A DNA stretch of 64,000 nucleotides from Eledone cirrhosa (lineage: Eukaryota): positions 225,370,001 through 225,434,000 of the forward strand of contig OZ024742.1 in NCBI GenBank assembly GCA_964016885.1, given 5' to 3'. How positions within the stretch are numbered: position 1 is the first letter of the stretch; each line of letters opens with the position of its first letter. The translations under genes and the position numbers were made by a program. The notes under the pieces were generated by a model that was not told where the DNA came from, did not search any database, and saw only the letters and a program-made list of their open reading frames with translations. Positions 14,613 through 33,118 of this stretch are shown piece after piece.

Positions 14613-15364
14613 AACATCAATAAAATGGAATGTATAAGAAATATATGGTTCTCTATCTATGACAACTCATCTAACTCATGCCAGCACGAAAAATGTCTTT
14701 CTTCTGCCATCTTCATTGTATGGGATATAGTTTCTTGAAATCATCCTTCACCACCTCTGCCCATGTCTTTTTTGGTCATCCTCATCCATGGTTTCGTTCT
14801 ACTTGACATTGCTAGCTCTTCTTCTTTACCCAACTATCATCATCCATGGATTAAATGAGTCCTCTTTAGTACAACATCTTTCCACTTGTTTTTTTCCTCT
14901 ATCTCTTTTATGAGGTGTGGTTTCTAGAGATCAGCTTTCACCACCTTAGCTCCCATTCTTGGTCTACCTCTACCACAGCTTCCTTCCACTTGGAGATTCT
15001 GACACCTCTTCACCCAGCAATCATCGTTCATATGCCTTAGATTTCTATACCAGTAGTGTTTCCCTTTATGCTCAGCTGTTCTCTCACCTCATCCATGCTT
15101 CATCATTCATGCATGTGGATTATATTATATATAAATGTTTATGTGCAAATATAGATATGTACTTATGAAGGTTTGATATATATATGTGTGTGTGTTGACA
15201 AGGCTGGACCTTTGAATTATAGGTACAACCCAATAAACAAACCTAGGACCTTATGATTGTGTGAGTTATCTTACCCACTCAACCATGGCTATGTAGATTA
15301 TAAATAACTGTTTATGTGCAAATATAGATTTGTGTCATGGAGGTTTGTGATATAAATAAATATA

Positions 15365-16015
15365 TATTAGCAGTGAATCCTGCCGTTGCACGGGTAAGAA
15401 CATTGGTAATAGCACCTCCAATGAGAAACATTTATTTGTGAGTGCCTGTTAAAAACTCACAAACTGGACTTGCTCACCGACATCCAGAGTTGACACTGCA
15501 CTCAGTGCTCCTGTGGGAGCCCCTGCATGAACACACAGGAAGAGAAAGACCGAACCAGACCCCAAGCAATTTAACCGGTCCTTCTGTCCAGCGCCCCACA
15601 ACGCTGTCGGGCGGCATGGACTTGCCTCTCCAGGTGCCGAGCTGCAAGCCCACCGACTTTTCCTGGTTTAACTTTGCTCCTATCACTGCTTCATATTCCT
15701 TGAGAGCGGTGCCGAGCATCTGGACATGTCCGGCGCTTGACCGGGCCCACTCTGATTATGCCCCTGTAGACTGAGGAGTGGAAAACTGAGAGAGGGCGCT
15801 TGCCCTGGTGGTCAGGGTGGCCGTGGTCTTTTGTGTGGTTTTCGCCACGAGTGACCCTCGGAAGTTTCCTATTGGGAAGGAAATTTTTGAATTTTTTGAT
15901 ATTTCTATCTTCTTATAACCTTTTTTACACGGTCAAAACCCGCGCTGAAGAGAACTCGTCCATGGATCTCGGGAATTTTACCCACCCTAGATAGATAGGT
16001 ATATTTATATATAAG
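15365..16015 (-). mobile_element. Putative non-autonomous Helitron-like element containing an L1/Tx1-type RT fragment (about 15545-15720)
   Basis: Left end TATTAGCAGTGAATCCTGCCGTTGCACGGG resembles a reverse CTAG plus GC hairpin. Minus ORF reads YEAVIGAKLNQEKSVGLQLGTWRG...VKLLGVWFG. Confidence 0.55.
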
Positions 16016-16149
16016 TATGTGTATTTTTATATATATATATATATGTGTTTGTATATGTATGTATGTATATATATGTGTGTATATATGTATATATCTGTAT
16101 ATATATATGTGTATATATATATATATGTATATGTGTGTGTGTGTGTGAA

Positions 16150-17112
16150 TGACATGTTCGTCAGAATGTCGTTATGCAGACATACAGACAGATATTATAA
16201 GGGCTCAAACGTTTATTTGTGAGTGCCTGTTAAAAACTCACGAAAATATACCGACAGAAAACTTGTTTTATTTGGAGAAAATTAAGAAGTTGAAAGTACA
16301 ATTTAGCTGTCTACGTGCATTGTTCATAGAAATATTGTTGAGCCCCTTCTTTTCATACTCCTCTGTTTTGGCCTTTTGGAGTAAATGTGAAAGAGAAAGT
16401 CACAGGTTAAGTTGGCAGAAGGTTCCAGTGTCATAGCAGTAAGGCGTAGGCTACTTACCTCAAAAGTTCATTCGCACTCTTTCCACTAAGTTACTCTTTC
16501 TCTCTATCCCTGTCGATGCAGTCCCTTGCGAATTTCTCGCGTAGGCCTGGTGTAGATTTGCACCCGATCCATGTACCCAATGCACATGTCCGCTTTGTAC
16601 GGCTTTTGGAGGAAGGAGTGACCAGCAGTACGTTGTTCGTTATTATTACGGAAAGGTGTAGCAGAGAATCACGCGGGAACTAACAGCTCGGGAGGAAACT
16701 ACTTACCTCGAAGATTCATTCGCCATCGGTCTTGTCAATGCTCTGTTTAGTTGGTATTTGTTAGTCTACAGTTAGATGAATGGTGCACAAAGGGTTAATG
16801 TTTATTGGCAAGAAGTGCAACTGGGCTGGTTGCCTCACTTATATTATATATTAAAATAACAGATTAAAGTTTAAGCAAAGAATCACTGCTTTCACCCTTA
16901 ACGGGATCTTCTGAAACTAAAAAAAATCAATCTGTGAACGCAGAAGTAAATATTTCGAAAAACGTTGCAACCAAAGGAAAACAGGAAGACAAAACTTGGG
17001 TTCGTGAAGACGTTCCCTGGTAATGAACGGAAAATAGCGAACATAATACGTCATCAATGTTCGTCAGAATGTCGTAATGCAGACAGCCAGGCATACAGAC
17101 AGATATTATAAG
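16150..17112. mobile_element. Related Helitron-like pieces
   Basis: TTTATTTGTGAGTGCCTGTTAAAAACTCAC at 15431 and 16213; ATGTTCGTCAGAATGTCG...CAGACAGATATTATAAG at about 16155 and 17057. Confidence 0.45.
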
Positions 17113-17689
17113 AGCGCGGCGGAGTTGGATAACCGGAAAATTGAAAAATAAAAGTTGCAGTTACTATATTTAGACTGCAAGGAATATATAAATGCAAGTT
17201 TGAAGTCAATCAGAGTAGAAATGTGGATTTGTATAGACTTTGCAAAAATGAGGACATACACACAGACAACTACAGTTTTATATAGTGGCAAATGCCACCA
17301 GTGTCATTACAATCAGATTCAAAAGTGACCTGTGAACTTTATCAGTCTATTATAGCAGATTGTCACCTGCTGATAACAGTTTTTTTACTTAAATATAGCA
17401 GTTGGTGATCTTCTTTGAATTCACAGGGTTGCTTCTTGTCTGTTGTTCTCATTGTAAACACAAACCTGTTTTTGAAGTCCCTCAACACTTTTATTCCATT
17501 GGTAAGAAATTTAATTAAATTTTCTTAATCACTCTTAATGCCCTGTATTGCATGAACCACATTAGCAAACATTCTTGAAAAGTACAAAACAACACTACAA
17601 CTGTATCACTTTAAATACTGAGGTATTTATTCTAATATTGTAAATGTTTCTATCCACTAGATACATGATACAAACATATGAATGAACAA

Positions 17690-18860
17690 ACCCCTTTTCT
17701 AATATTATTTTGCTAAATCATTACAAGATGTTTCTGCTTGGTTAATTTGATACCAAGCCACATGAAACCTCTCTCAGTTCCATGATACAATACTGTTATA
17801 AAAAGATTATATCTATCTAAAAGCCTTCCATCATAATTTTGTGTAAAAACCTTTATGTTCCAAACACTAACTTAATGAGAAAGTTATGTTACTAAATGCC
17901 TCCAAATTTTTTATTAATTTTAAAATCATTTGACTATCATAGGCAGTATTTTTCATTACAAATATGACAATGAAAGGGTTAAAGTGTTTATATATATCGT
18001 AATTTTGTGTAGAAACCTTTATGTTCCGAACACTAACTTAATGAGAAGGTTAATTATATTACTAAATCTCTCCAACTTCTTGATTATATTGAAAATGATT
18101 TGAAAATCACAGGCAGTGTTTTTCTTTAGAAATGTGGTAATGCAAGGGCTAACATCCATTTTTCCGTGCTGACATGGATTAAATAGGTTGTCACAGTCTG
18201 AGACGAAACATGGTTGGATTACTATCTGTTCCATGTCACCACTTATCCCATATGTTTTCACCCTTTCATGCCCATATTCCTAATGAGGATTTTGAGAAAT
18301 TTGCTAAAATTGTTAATCATTTCATTACTAAGATAGTAATTTAACATATGGTCCTTAGATAAAATTGTTAGAAAATTTTAATCTGAATACAAACTCATTA
18401 AAATGGATAGTTTTGTTTCATAGAACCAAAGCCTGTTTGAGACCAAGTTAGTATCAAAAGGGTTAATGAAGAATTTTGAACGATTTACTAAAATTATTTA
18501 TTATTTCATTGATAAGATAGTAATTTATTTAAAATTGTTGAAAAATGTCAATTTAAGTAAATATAAACATTTTAGTCCTTTTGTGATCATACTTCTAATG
18601 AAAGACACTGCCTTAATCTTTTCATGACAGTATTTCTAATGAAATACACTTTATAATGAAGAATTTTGAGGGATTTGCTAAAATTATTAATTATTTCATT
18701 AATAAAATAGTAACTTGATGTAAGATTCTTATATAAAATTATGTTGGAAGATTTTAATTTAAAATGGAAACCTTTAAAGTGGGTGGTTTTATTTCATAGA
18801 ATCAGAGCTGGTTTTGGTTGGGTTGGTTACTAACTTCTTGATTATATTCAAAATCATAAC
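17690..18860. repeat. Cluster of degenerate AT-rich MITE-like copies (TTAACCC...GGGTTAA, piggyBac-like ends); more copies near 35270-36490, 42633-43060, 43490-43580 and 46429-46583
   Basis: Recurrent ATATTTCTAATGAAA, TGTTCCAAACAC, CATAGAACCA and AAAGGGTTAA blocks. Confidence 0.55.
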
Positions 18861-19182
18861 TTAACACTTTAAAACAAAGGTTCTCAACGGGGGGGGGGGG
18901 GGGGGAATATTAGGGGGGCACTGGAAGGCTATCTACTTAGGTAAGTTTTATAAGCCATATTTGTACGTCTCTGAGACAGTCAGTGTGAATGCATTTGAAT
19001 GAAGAAAACGAAGAAAATAAATAAAAGAAGCTTGTCAACGAATTCCCTAGGGAGATGAAAGAAAAACAAAGAAATCAAAGAAAATGAAAATAAGGACAAC
19101 TTCAACTTTTACAACAGTTACAAGAACAACAGAAACGACAAGAAAAAGAAGCAATGGTGATGAAAGGTGTGGGTGTATACAT

Positions 19183-19224
19183 ATACATACATAAAATCAT
19201 ACACACATACATACATACATACAT

Positions 19225-19315
<91 letters not shown>
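19183..19315. repeat. (CATA)n-(CA)n microsatellite
   Basis: Direct inspection. Confidence 0.95.
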
Positions 19316-19734
19316 GGCCGGCATTGGCATTTGATGAGGTTGAGAACCTGATCATCTTTCAGCCAGAGGTGTGGTATTTAATCTCCCTAGGTAATAAAAT
19401 CTGAAGACAAAATTCTCTCCTTACCAAAAAAAAACCATAAATCATGTCAACATCCTTACACACTTAAATATAAATGCATGTATATATACAAATGTATAAA
19501 TGGATAGCTTCTGTCTAGTCTACCTCTGGATAGAACTCAATGTAATCTTGTAAAATCCATAGAGAAGTTCTGTTATTTGCTGAATTCATTCTTTAGATAC
19601 AGAGTCAGATATTAGGTATTAAATTAACAATAAAAATAAAAACAACAAAATAAAAACAAAGTTATAATGTAACTTGACTTTGTTCTTTTTATTTTCATTG
19701 TTAATTTGATAACACACATACACACATGTATATG

Positions 19735-19870
19735 TATGCACAGTGTGACAAGAAGCTTGCTTCCCAACCACATGTTTCTGGGTTCAGTCCCACTGCCCGG
19801 GCCGACCAAAGCCCTGTGAGTGGATTTGATAGACCGAAACTAAAAGAAGCGCGTTGTATATATGTTTGTG
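19735..19870 (+). mobile_element. tRNA-related SINE fragment (second copy at about 40345-40490)
   Basis: B-box-like GGTTCAGTCCC followed by GCCGACCAAAGCC.TGTGAGTGGATTTG; homologous to the 40345-40490 copy. Confidence 0.6.
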
Positions 19871-19967
19871 TTTGTCCCACCAATGCTTGTTGGTTTGTTG
19901 ACGTCCCCATAACTTACCAAGGTGATGCTCCAGCATGGGCATAGTCCAGAGACAGAAAAAAAGTAAA

Positions 19968-20017
<50 letters not shown>

Positions 20018-20109
20018 AGAAAGACATAAAAGGGCCATTACGTCCTGGAGGAGAGGCACAGTGGGCAAACGTGGGTAATGATTTTCACCAGTTATAATCA
20101 TTTCTACTA

Positions 20110-20300
20110 TAGGCACAAGGCATGAAATTTAGGGTTTAGGGTCCCATCAATTACATCAGTCCCAGTTCACAACTGGTACTTAATTTATCGACCGCAAAAG
20201 GATGAAAGGCAAAGTTGAGATCGTCATTTGAACTCGGAACGTAAAAACGGAAGAAGTACCGCTAAGCATTTCGCCAGATGTGCTAACGATTCCACCAGTT
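20110..20300 (-). mobile_element. tRNA-derived SINE with Nin/Deu-like central domain
   Basis: Minus strand GAGTTCAAAT B box, then CTTTGCCTTTCATCCTTT..GGTCGATAAATTAAGTACCAG. Confidence 0.75.
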
Positions 20301-20410
20301 ATAATGGAATCTGAAATATTGGTTCTACCACGGGCCATAGAAAAGTAGTTCGTGGGCCCCATGTTGGAGAGATAGATAGACGTGTACCAAATACACACAC
20401 ACATTTCTTA

Positions 20411-20498
<88 letters not shown>

Positions 20499-20777
20499 AA
20501 ATTGTCTAGACAATTATTAAATATATAAATAAATAAATGCCAGAGTTAATTAATAAATAAATTAACTAATACCTTAACACTTCACACAAAGTACAATATT
20601 TTGTTTTAAACATTTTCTAACCCCAGAAAAAAGAGAAAAAAATAAAAAGAAAAAATATGTTTTTCTTCCTAATAATCATCTTTTTCTCCCTATTTACATA
20701 TATATATATATTCCAACTCATGTGCTCCTTCTCCACATTTTATAATTAATATATATATATATATATACATATATATA

Positions 20778-22175
20778 TCATCATCATCATCATCATCGTT
20801 TAACATCCATCTTCCACGCTTGCATGGGTTTGGACGGGAGTTTTCCCACTTGAGGCAAGATTGGTTGTCTTGCTCGCATAGGACTGTCTGGCGGGTTTTC
20901 TACGGCTGGATGCCCTTCCTAACACCAACCACGTTTACAGTGTGGACTGACTGGGAGGTTTTTAACGTGTTACCTACACGGCCACATTACAGTGTGGACT
21001 GTGTGTTTTTTTTTTTGTGACACCTACACGACCTCATTTATTTTGGACTGGATGTTGTGGTACCAACATAACTTTACATTGAAAGGGGTGGTGTGCATGA
21101 TGCGAGGCTGTATTTTTGTTAGAGGTGCCTACTGACTGTAAGTTTTGCTTTGTACTTAGGCAAGGCGGGTCTTCGGTATAACTGTGTAGCGCCAAAGATC
21201 TCGGTCCAGTGACATTGTCTTGGAGAGGTGTAAGTGTGTGAGGTCGGAATTTATCAAGTCATCCCAGGTTTTTCTGGGTCTGCCTACTCCGTGGCTACCG
21301 TCTATTTTTATCGCCCTGCACTTTGTTATACAGCTGTCGTCTTTCATGCGCATCACGTGACCATACCAACGTAGTCTTCTCTCGAGTAAACAACATCTGA
21401 TTCTTCTTATTCCTAATTTCTCCCTTAGTTCATTTATGCTTTGCCGTTCACGTATATTACTATTACACATCCAACGGAGCATGCAAACTTTGTTCCTCTC
21501 CAGTCTGCGTATATCCTCTGCACACAATGCCCAAGTCTCACTACCATGTAACATTGCTGTTCGTATGCAGGCATCATACAGCCTGCCTTTCATTTTTAAC
21601 GGCCAATAGTGGTATAAGCTCTCTGAACTTTTTCCATCCCGTTCTGACTCTAACTACTGTACTTTCAGAGCACCCTCCACCACTGCTGATTTTTGTCACC
21701 CAGGTAACGGAAGGTGTCCACTATTTCTATAGAACCATCTGTGCAATGGAATGAGCTAGTATTCTGTTGGCGCTTGCGGCAACTTATTGCACCTGAGCAC
21801 CGGCCACATATAAAATCTATATTCTTAGTTAGCTTACCTGTGATCCCACTACATCTTTTATGCACCCATACTTTGCATTTGGGACATAAAATGGAGTTTC
21901 TGCCTACTCCTTTCCTACACACTGAGCATGGCCATTTCCCAGATGGGACCAGTGCCCTATTTTCCTGCCTACAAACTAGAACTTTAGTCATAGACAGGTT
22001 AATTTTAAGGCCTTTTGATTCTAGGCCATGTTTCCATGTTTGGAATTTCTTCTCTAGTTCAGCCATTGATTCAGCTATGAGCGTTAGATCATCTGCGCAT
22101 AGAAGTTCCCATGGGCAGCCGCTCTTGAACTCCTCTGTTATAGCCTGAAGGGCAATAATAAATAGTAGGGGGCTT
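20778..22175 (-). mobile_element. RTE subfamily C, 5'-truncated
   Basis: ORF pieces 21665..22066 and 21156..21593; (CAT)n tail on + strand. Confidence 0.93.
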
Positions 22176-22792
22176 GTTGTTCTTTAATCCGATATTATAG
22201 AGCAGGTTGTTTTTGTTGCGAGGCTTAACATTGTATTATTTTCTGTAATATTCCAACCTAATTCAGCAAGCATCCAATATTGAATCATCGTAGATTATGT
22301 GAAGGACATATAATCTATATATTACGTTTCCTGGATTGTGAAAATGGTGGTGTATACGAAAAACCATAACACTGTTTTGCTTCTCATTTTTAAATATTTC
22401 TCTGCACACAAGCTTCTATATCTTACATATAAAATACTATACAACCCCCATAATACTCTTGATTGCCCGCTTAAAGTGCTTATATTCCATATAACACCTT
22501 ACCGCACTATAATCTTATATAAATAGGACATACATGCATGCCCTACGTGTAACTATTGCATACACTAACTACTTCTAACTACCCTCCTGCATCATCTTCA
22601 TTAACTGCCATTATTGTATTATAACTTTAATTTTGTTGTAATTTTCTTTTAATATGTCTTTAATCTTTGAATGTAAACTGCCATGCTTAAATATTATAAT
22701 GGATCTCAACCCACTGTGCATCAATATATACATATGTTTCTGTATGTCTCTTGTGTTGGAAAGGAGGTCAAGTATGTAAATAATCATTGAAA

Positions 22793-22846
22793 TATTGTTC
22801 CGAAGACTCCAAACCTCGGTTTGGAAGAAACAATTGTAAGCGAATA
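22793..22846 (+). ncRNA. Type I hammerhead motif with one core substitution
   Basis: TTGTT-CCGAAGA-C-TCCAAAC(ctcg)GTTTGGA-A-GAAA-CAATTG-TA-AGCGA. Confidence 0.7.
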
Positions 22847-23047
22847 AATGATTTGAACAGAACTTAGATTCATGTAATTTCTATATAACTGCTCTGTAGA
22901 ACAACTGATGCTAATACATTGAGCTATATATCTTACTGGTAATAAGGTAGTAAGAAATTACTGACTTACACTGTTTAGGGTTTAAAATATATATAACTAT
23001 AAAAAGTTTTAGTATAAACATAACCATAAATAATATCCTTAATACTA

Positions 23048-24298
<1,251 letters not shown>

Positions 24299-24424
24299 CA
24301 AATAACGAAACGAAATTAAATTTCGTTTCGTTTCGTTATTTGTTTGTAATGGATGTACATCTTTAACTTAATTATATACATATATATATATATATACATA
24401 TATATACATATATATATATATTTT

Positions 24425-24718
24425 TTTTCATTTCATTTTACGTCCACTTTTCCCTGCTTGCAAGGGTGGGACGGGAGCTGATTCTGGCTTGATTTCTACA
24501 GCTGGATGCCCTTCCTAACACCAACCTCATTTACAGTGAGTGCTGGGTGCTTTTTTGCCGGGGCACCTCCACGACCTCATTTCTACAGCTGAGTAAACTG
24601 GAGCAATGTGAAATAAAGTGCCTTGCTCAAGGAAACAACACATCGCCCAGTCTGAGAATTGAACTCACAACCTTTCGATTGCAAGGCCAATGCTCTAACC
24701 ACTAAGCCATGTGCCTCC
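24425..24718 (-). mobile_element. Second copy of the tRNA-CORE-RTE SINE, about 40 bp shorter internally
   Basis: Near-identical to 3992-4326 except that the segment near 4145-4183 is missing. Confidence 0.9.
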
Positions 24719-24788
24719 ATATTGTATATATATACATATAGACGTACAGTAGCGGAAGAACGGACATAAAACGGTGATGATGATGATA

Positions 24789-24903
<115 letters not shown>

Positions 24904-24936
24904 CATACATATATATATATACATATATATATATAC

Positions 24937-25005
<69 letters not shown>

Positions 25006-25008
25006 AAC

Positions 25009-25063
<55 letters not shown>

Positions 25064-25067
25064 AACA

Positions 25068-25141
<74 letters not shown>

Positions 25142-25142
25142 C

Positions 25143-25175
<33 letters not shown>

Positions 25176-25727
25176 AAAAACAAATAACGAAACAAAATTA
25201 AATTTCGTTTCGTTTGTAACTCACTTTTGTATGACTGACGCTTAAACAATTTCGTTTCGTTATTTGTTTTTATCGTCTCCGTTGAACCGGTACGTACTCA
25301 CACTCTATGCAAATTAGTCTGCCCACTACTAATTTTCATAGAAAAAGCATATAACGATATGTGCTTTTACGATTCTCCAGAAAGGCCGGTAGATAGGTAA
25401 ATATTGCTGATGAGTTGTAACAACAACGAAACTAGTTCAATATTCCTTGTCTGGCTTTCTGCAGAATAGAGGAAAGGTGTTTCCTCAAAAACCAGTGACT
25501 CTAAAAACCGGTTTGTCTGTGTGTTTACATACAGAATAGCTGGCCACTCACAGTAAAGTGACCAGTGAAAGACTTGGTACATCTACATATGTATACGTGT
25601 GTGTATTCATATGCATACTAGTATTTCAGTATACATATGTGGATGTACATTTTTAACTTAATTGTTTAAGCGTCAGTCATACAAAAATGAGTTACAAACG
25701 AAACGAATTCGTTTCGTTATTTGTTTT

Positions 25728-25728
<1 letters not shown>
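25176..25728 (+). mobile_element. Hammerhead-bearing non-coding element, copy 2, with an inverted copy of its 3' end at the 5' side
   Basis: 25176-25250 is the reverse complement of about 25660-25728; body homologous to 12280-12680. Confidence 0.82.
25400..25444 (+). ncRNA. Minimal type I hammerhead ribozyme, GUU triplet
   Basis: AATATTG-CTGATGA-GTTGT(aaca)ACAAC-GAAA-CTAG-TT-CAATATT. Confidence 0.88.
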
Positions 25729-30030
<4,302 letters not shown>

Positions 30031-30032
<2 letters not shown>

Positions 30033-30192
30033 CAAGGCCAGCAATTACCCAGTACATTACTGGTACTTTATTTTATCGACCCGTAAGGATGAAAGGCAAA
30101 GTTAACCTCGGCGGGATTTGAACTCAGACTGTAAAGGGACGTAACTATGCTAGAAAGCATGGTGTCCAACCCTCTACCGACACTGCCAATTT
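30031..30192 (-). mobile_element. tRNA-derived SINE with Nin/Deu-like domain
   Basis: Near-identical to the reverse complement of about 43308-43470. Confidence 0.8.
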
Positions 30193-30194
30193 GT

Positions 30195-31752
30195 TTATTG
30201 AAAAAAAACCAACAAAGATTTAATATAATAGGTCTGTTTGGGAACAGGTTTTGAATTGACCAATAGAAAGTAGTAAGAGGTCAAGTTGATAGAATAGTAG
30301 TAGTAGAAATTTAATTTAGGGGTAGAGGAATGCAAACTTAAGTTTTGAATGGAAAGAAATCTTTGAATGAAAAGAATACTTTGGGGATGAAAAGAGGTCA
30401 AGCCGGTGAAAGGTACACGAAAATTTGATGTTATTAAAGAATAATGCTAATGTTAAAATCGAAGGAGAATAACATTTTAGGGTAAAGGTGTTAGTGAGAA
30501 ATACCAATCTTATAAATACCAATCTTAGATCTATAACAAGAGATTAAATTAATTGATAGGTATACGTGTAGGGATAAATTTATATTAATTCATATGGATG
30601 TGATAAATAAGATGTTATTAAAGAATGTTGTTTAAAATGAAGGAAAATAAAATTTTGGGATAAATGTAGTAGTGAGAAATACCAATCTTATATAGACTAC
30701 AAGGAATCTAGATTCATAACAGGAAATTAAATTAATTTATATGTATACTTTTAGGTATTAATTTTAGGAAAAGAGAGCTGTAAGAGGGAAATAAAATTAT
30801 GAAGTTCTCTGTAGTAAAGTACTAATTATAGGGAACTAAATTAAATAAACTAATTATTATAATATGTAAAATATAAGTGTAAGGTGTATATTAATTAGGT
30901 TTATAATATTTGAAAGTTCTTCTAATTCTATATTGCAAGATATAATTAATTCTTGTCGCTTATTTAATAGGATATCCTTAGATTTCATTATTTCAAAAAG
31001 TTCCTGGGAGCATAATCTACACTCATATCTGTTATTTTGATAAGGGGTGGCCCTTTTGAGCACACTCCAGGTCAGGTTGTAATCGATATTCTTTTTTCTA
31101 TAATTATTAATTGTTTCAGCCAAGGATGTTGTATTAGCTAATGCGGCATTTTTAAAAATATGTTTGTGGGTATTAAATCTTACTTTAAATTGGTTAGACG
31201 TAGCTCCTATATATGAATAAGTTGAGTCCTTAGTGGTAATTTTACATTTATATACTATGTTATTAATAAGACAATTTCCCTTTAATGGGCAATTTCTTTT
31301 GTTTCTACAGTTACAACCATTCGTGAATATTATATCAGGGGAGTTAGTCAAATTTGGTGTGGAATTTACTCGACTTGTTATATGAGGAGATGGTGGTTTG
31401 TTGCGGTTTATTTTAGTATTATGGTTGGTTTGATGTGTTGGTGGTATATTCGTGTTTTTTTTACACTTATATTTTGTTGTATATTTTTGGTAGTGGAGTA
31501 GGAAAATTTGACAGTTGATCTATTTAAAATTTGATGGTATTTATGGTTTGGCGGGAAATTTTTCTCTAGGATAGTAAAAAAAATTTTAGGGATATTATCT
31601 TTAATTTGTAAATTAAATGGAGCATTATACCAAGTAACTCGTCTATTACGGTTCCGATGTTGTTTTTAATATTTATACGATGTATCAGGATGTTTACTAA
31701 GAGAGTTAGTATTAGTGAATTTATTATATATAGGTTTAGTTAGATTAACTGA
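30195..31752 (-). mobile_element. Penelope-like element (third lineage), 5'-truncated: linker, GIY-YIG and AT-rich 3' UTR with a ~185-bp duplication
   Basis: VTWYNAPFN...NFPPNHKYHQILNRSTVKFSYS; CNCRNKRNCPLKGNC...IVYKC...YIGATSNQFKVRFNTH...CRLC..E...LNKRQE. Confidence 0.88.
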
Positions 31753-31775
31753 TTTATATATATATATACATATAT

Positions 31776-33083
31776 CTATACGCAGATGATCTAACACTCA
31801 TAGCTGAATCAATGGCTGAACTAGAGAAGAAATTCCAAACATGGAAGCATGGCCTAGAATCAAAAGGCCTTAAAGTTAACTTGTCTAAGTCTAAAGTTCT
31901 AGTTTGTAGAAAGGAAAATAGGGCACAGGTGCCCTCAGAGAAATGGCCATGCTCAGTGTGTAGGAAAGGAGTAGGCAGAAATTCCATTTTATGTCCCAAA
32001 TGCAAAGTATGGGTACATAAAAGATGTAGTGGGATCACAGGTAAACTATCTAAGAACGTACACTTTATATGTGGCCAATGCTCAGGTGCAATAAGTAGCA
32101 AGTGTCCACAGGATACTAGCTCCTTCTATTGCCCAGATGGTTCTATAGAAATAGTGGACACTTTCCGTTACCTGGGTGACAAAATCAGCAGAGGTGGAGG
32201 GTGCTCTGAAAGGGTGTTCTGAAAGAGTCAGAACGGGATGGAAAAAGTTCAGAGAGCTTATACCGCTGTTAGGTTTCTCTCTAAAAATGAAAGGCAGACT
32301 GTATGATGCCTGTATACGAACATCAATGCTACATGGCAGTGAGACATGGGCATTACGTGCAGAGGACCTGCATAGACTGGAAAGGAACGAAGCATGCATG
32401 CTCCGTTGGATGTGTAATAGTAATATACGTGAACGGCAAAGCATAAATGAACTAAGTGACAAATTAGGAATAAGAGGGATCAGATGCTGTTTACTTAAGA
32501 GAAAACTACGTTGGTATGGTCACGTGATGCGCATGAAAGACGACAGCTGCATAAAAAGTGCAGGGCGATCAAAATTGATGGTAGTTACGGAGTAGGTAGA
32601 CCCAGAAAAACCTGGAATGATCTGATAAATTCTGACCTCACACACTTACATCTCTCTAAGACAATGTCTCTGGACCGAGACCTTTGGTGCTACGCAGTAA
32701 TACAGAAGACCCGCCTTGCCTATGTACAAAGCGAAACCTACAGTCAGTAGGCACCTCTTAACCAAATATACACCCCAATCTACTACCCCTACCCTATCCT
32801 CCCACTCCCAGCAACAGCATGAGAAAATGAGATCGAGTTCGATCAAAAACACATACAGTCCACGCTGTAATGTGGTCGTGTAGGTAACACGGTAAAAAGT
32901 TCCCAGTTCCACACTGTAAATGTGGTTGGTGTTAGGAAGGGCATCCAGCCGTAGAAAACCTGCCAGATAGTCCTATATGAGTGAGGCACGGTCACCCGAC
33001 CAGCCTTGCTTCAAGTGGGACAACTCCCATCTAACCCATGCTAGTGTGGAAAACGTACGTTAAAGGAAGATGATGATGATGAT
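31776..33083 (+). mobile_element. RTE subfamily C, 5'-truncated at YADD
   Basis: ORF pieces 31812..32750; UTR and (GAT)n tail. Confidence 0.93.

Positions 33084-33113
<30 letters not shown>

Positions 33114-33118
<5 letters not shown>

Noticed and set aside
17385-17506. Candidate host exon with splice-like sites
   Set aside because: No recognisable protein motif or consistent neighbouring exons
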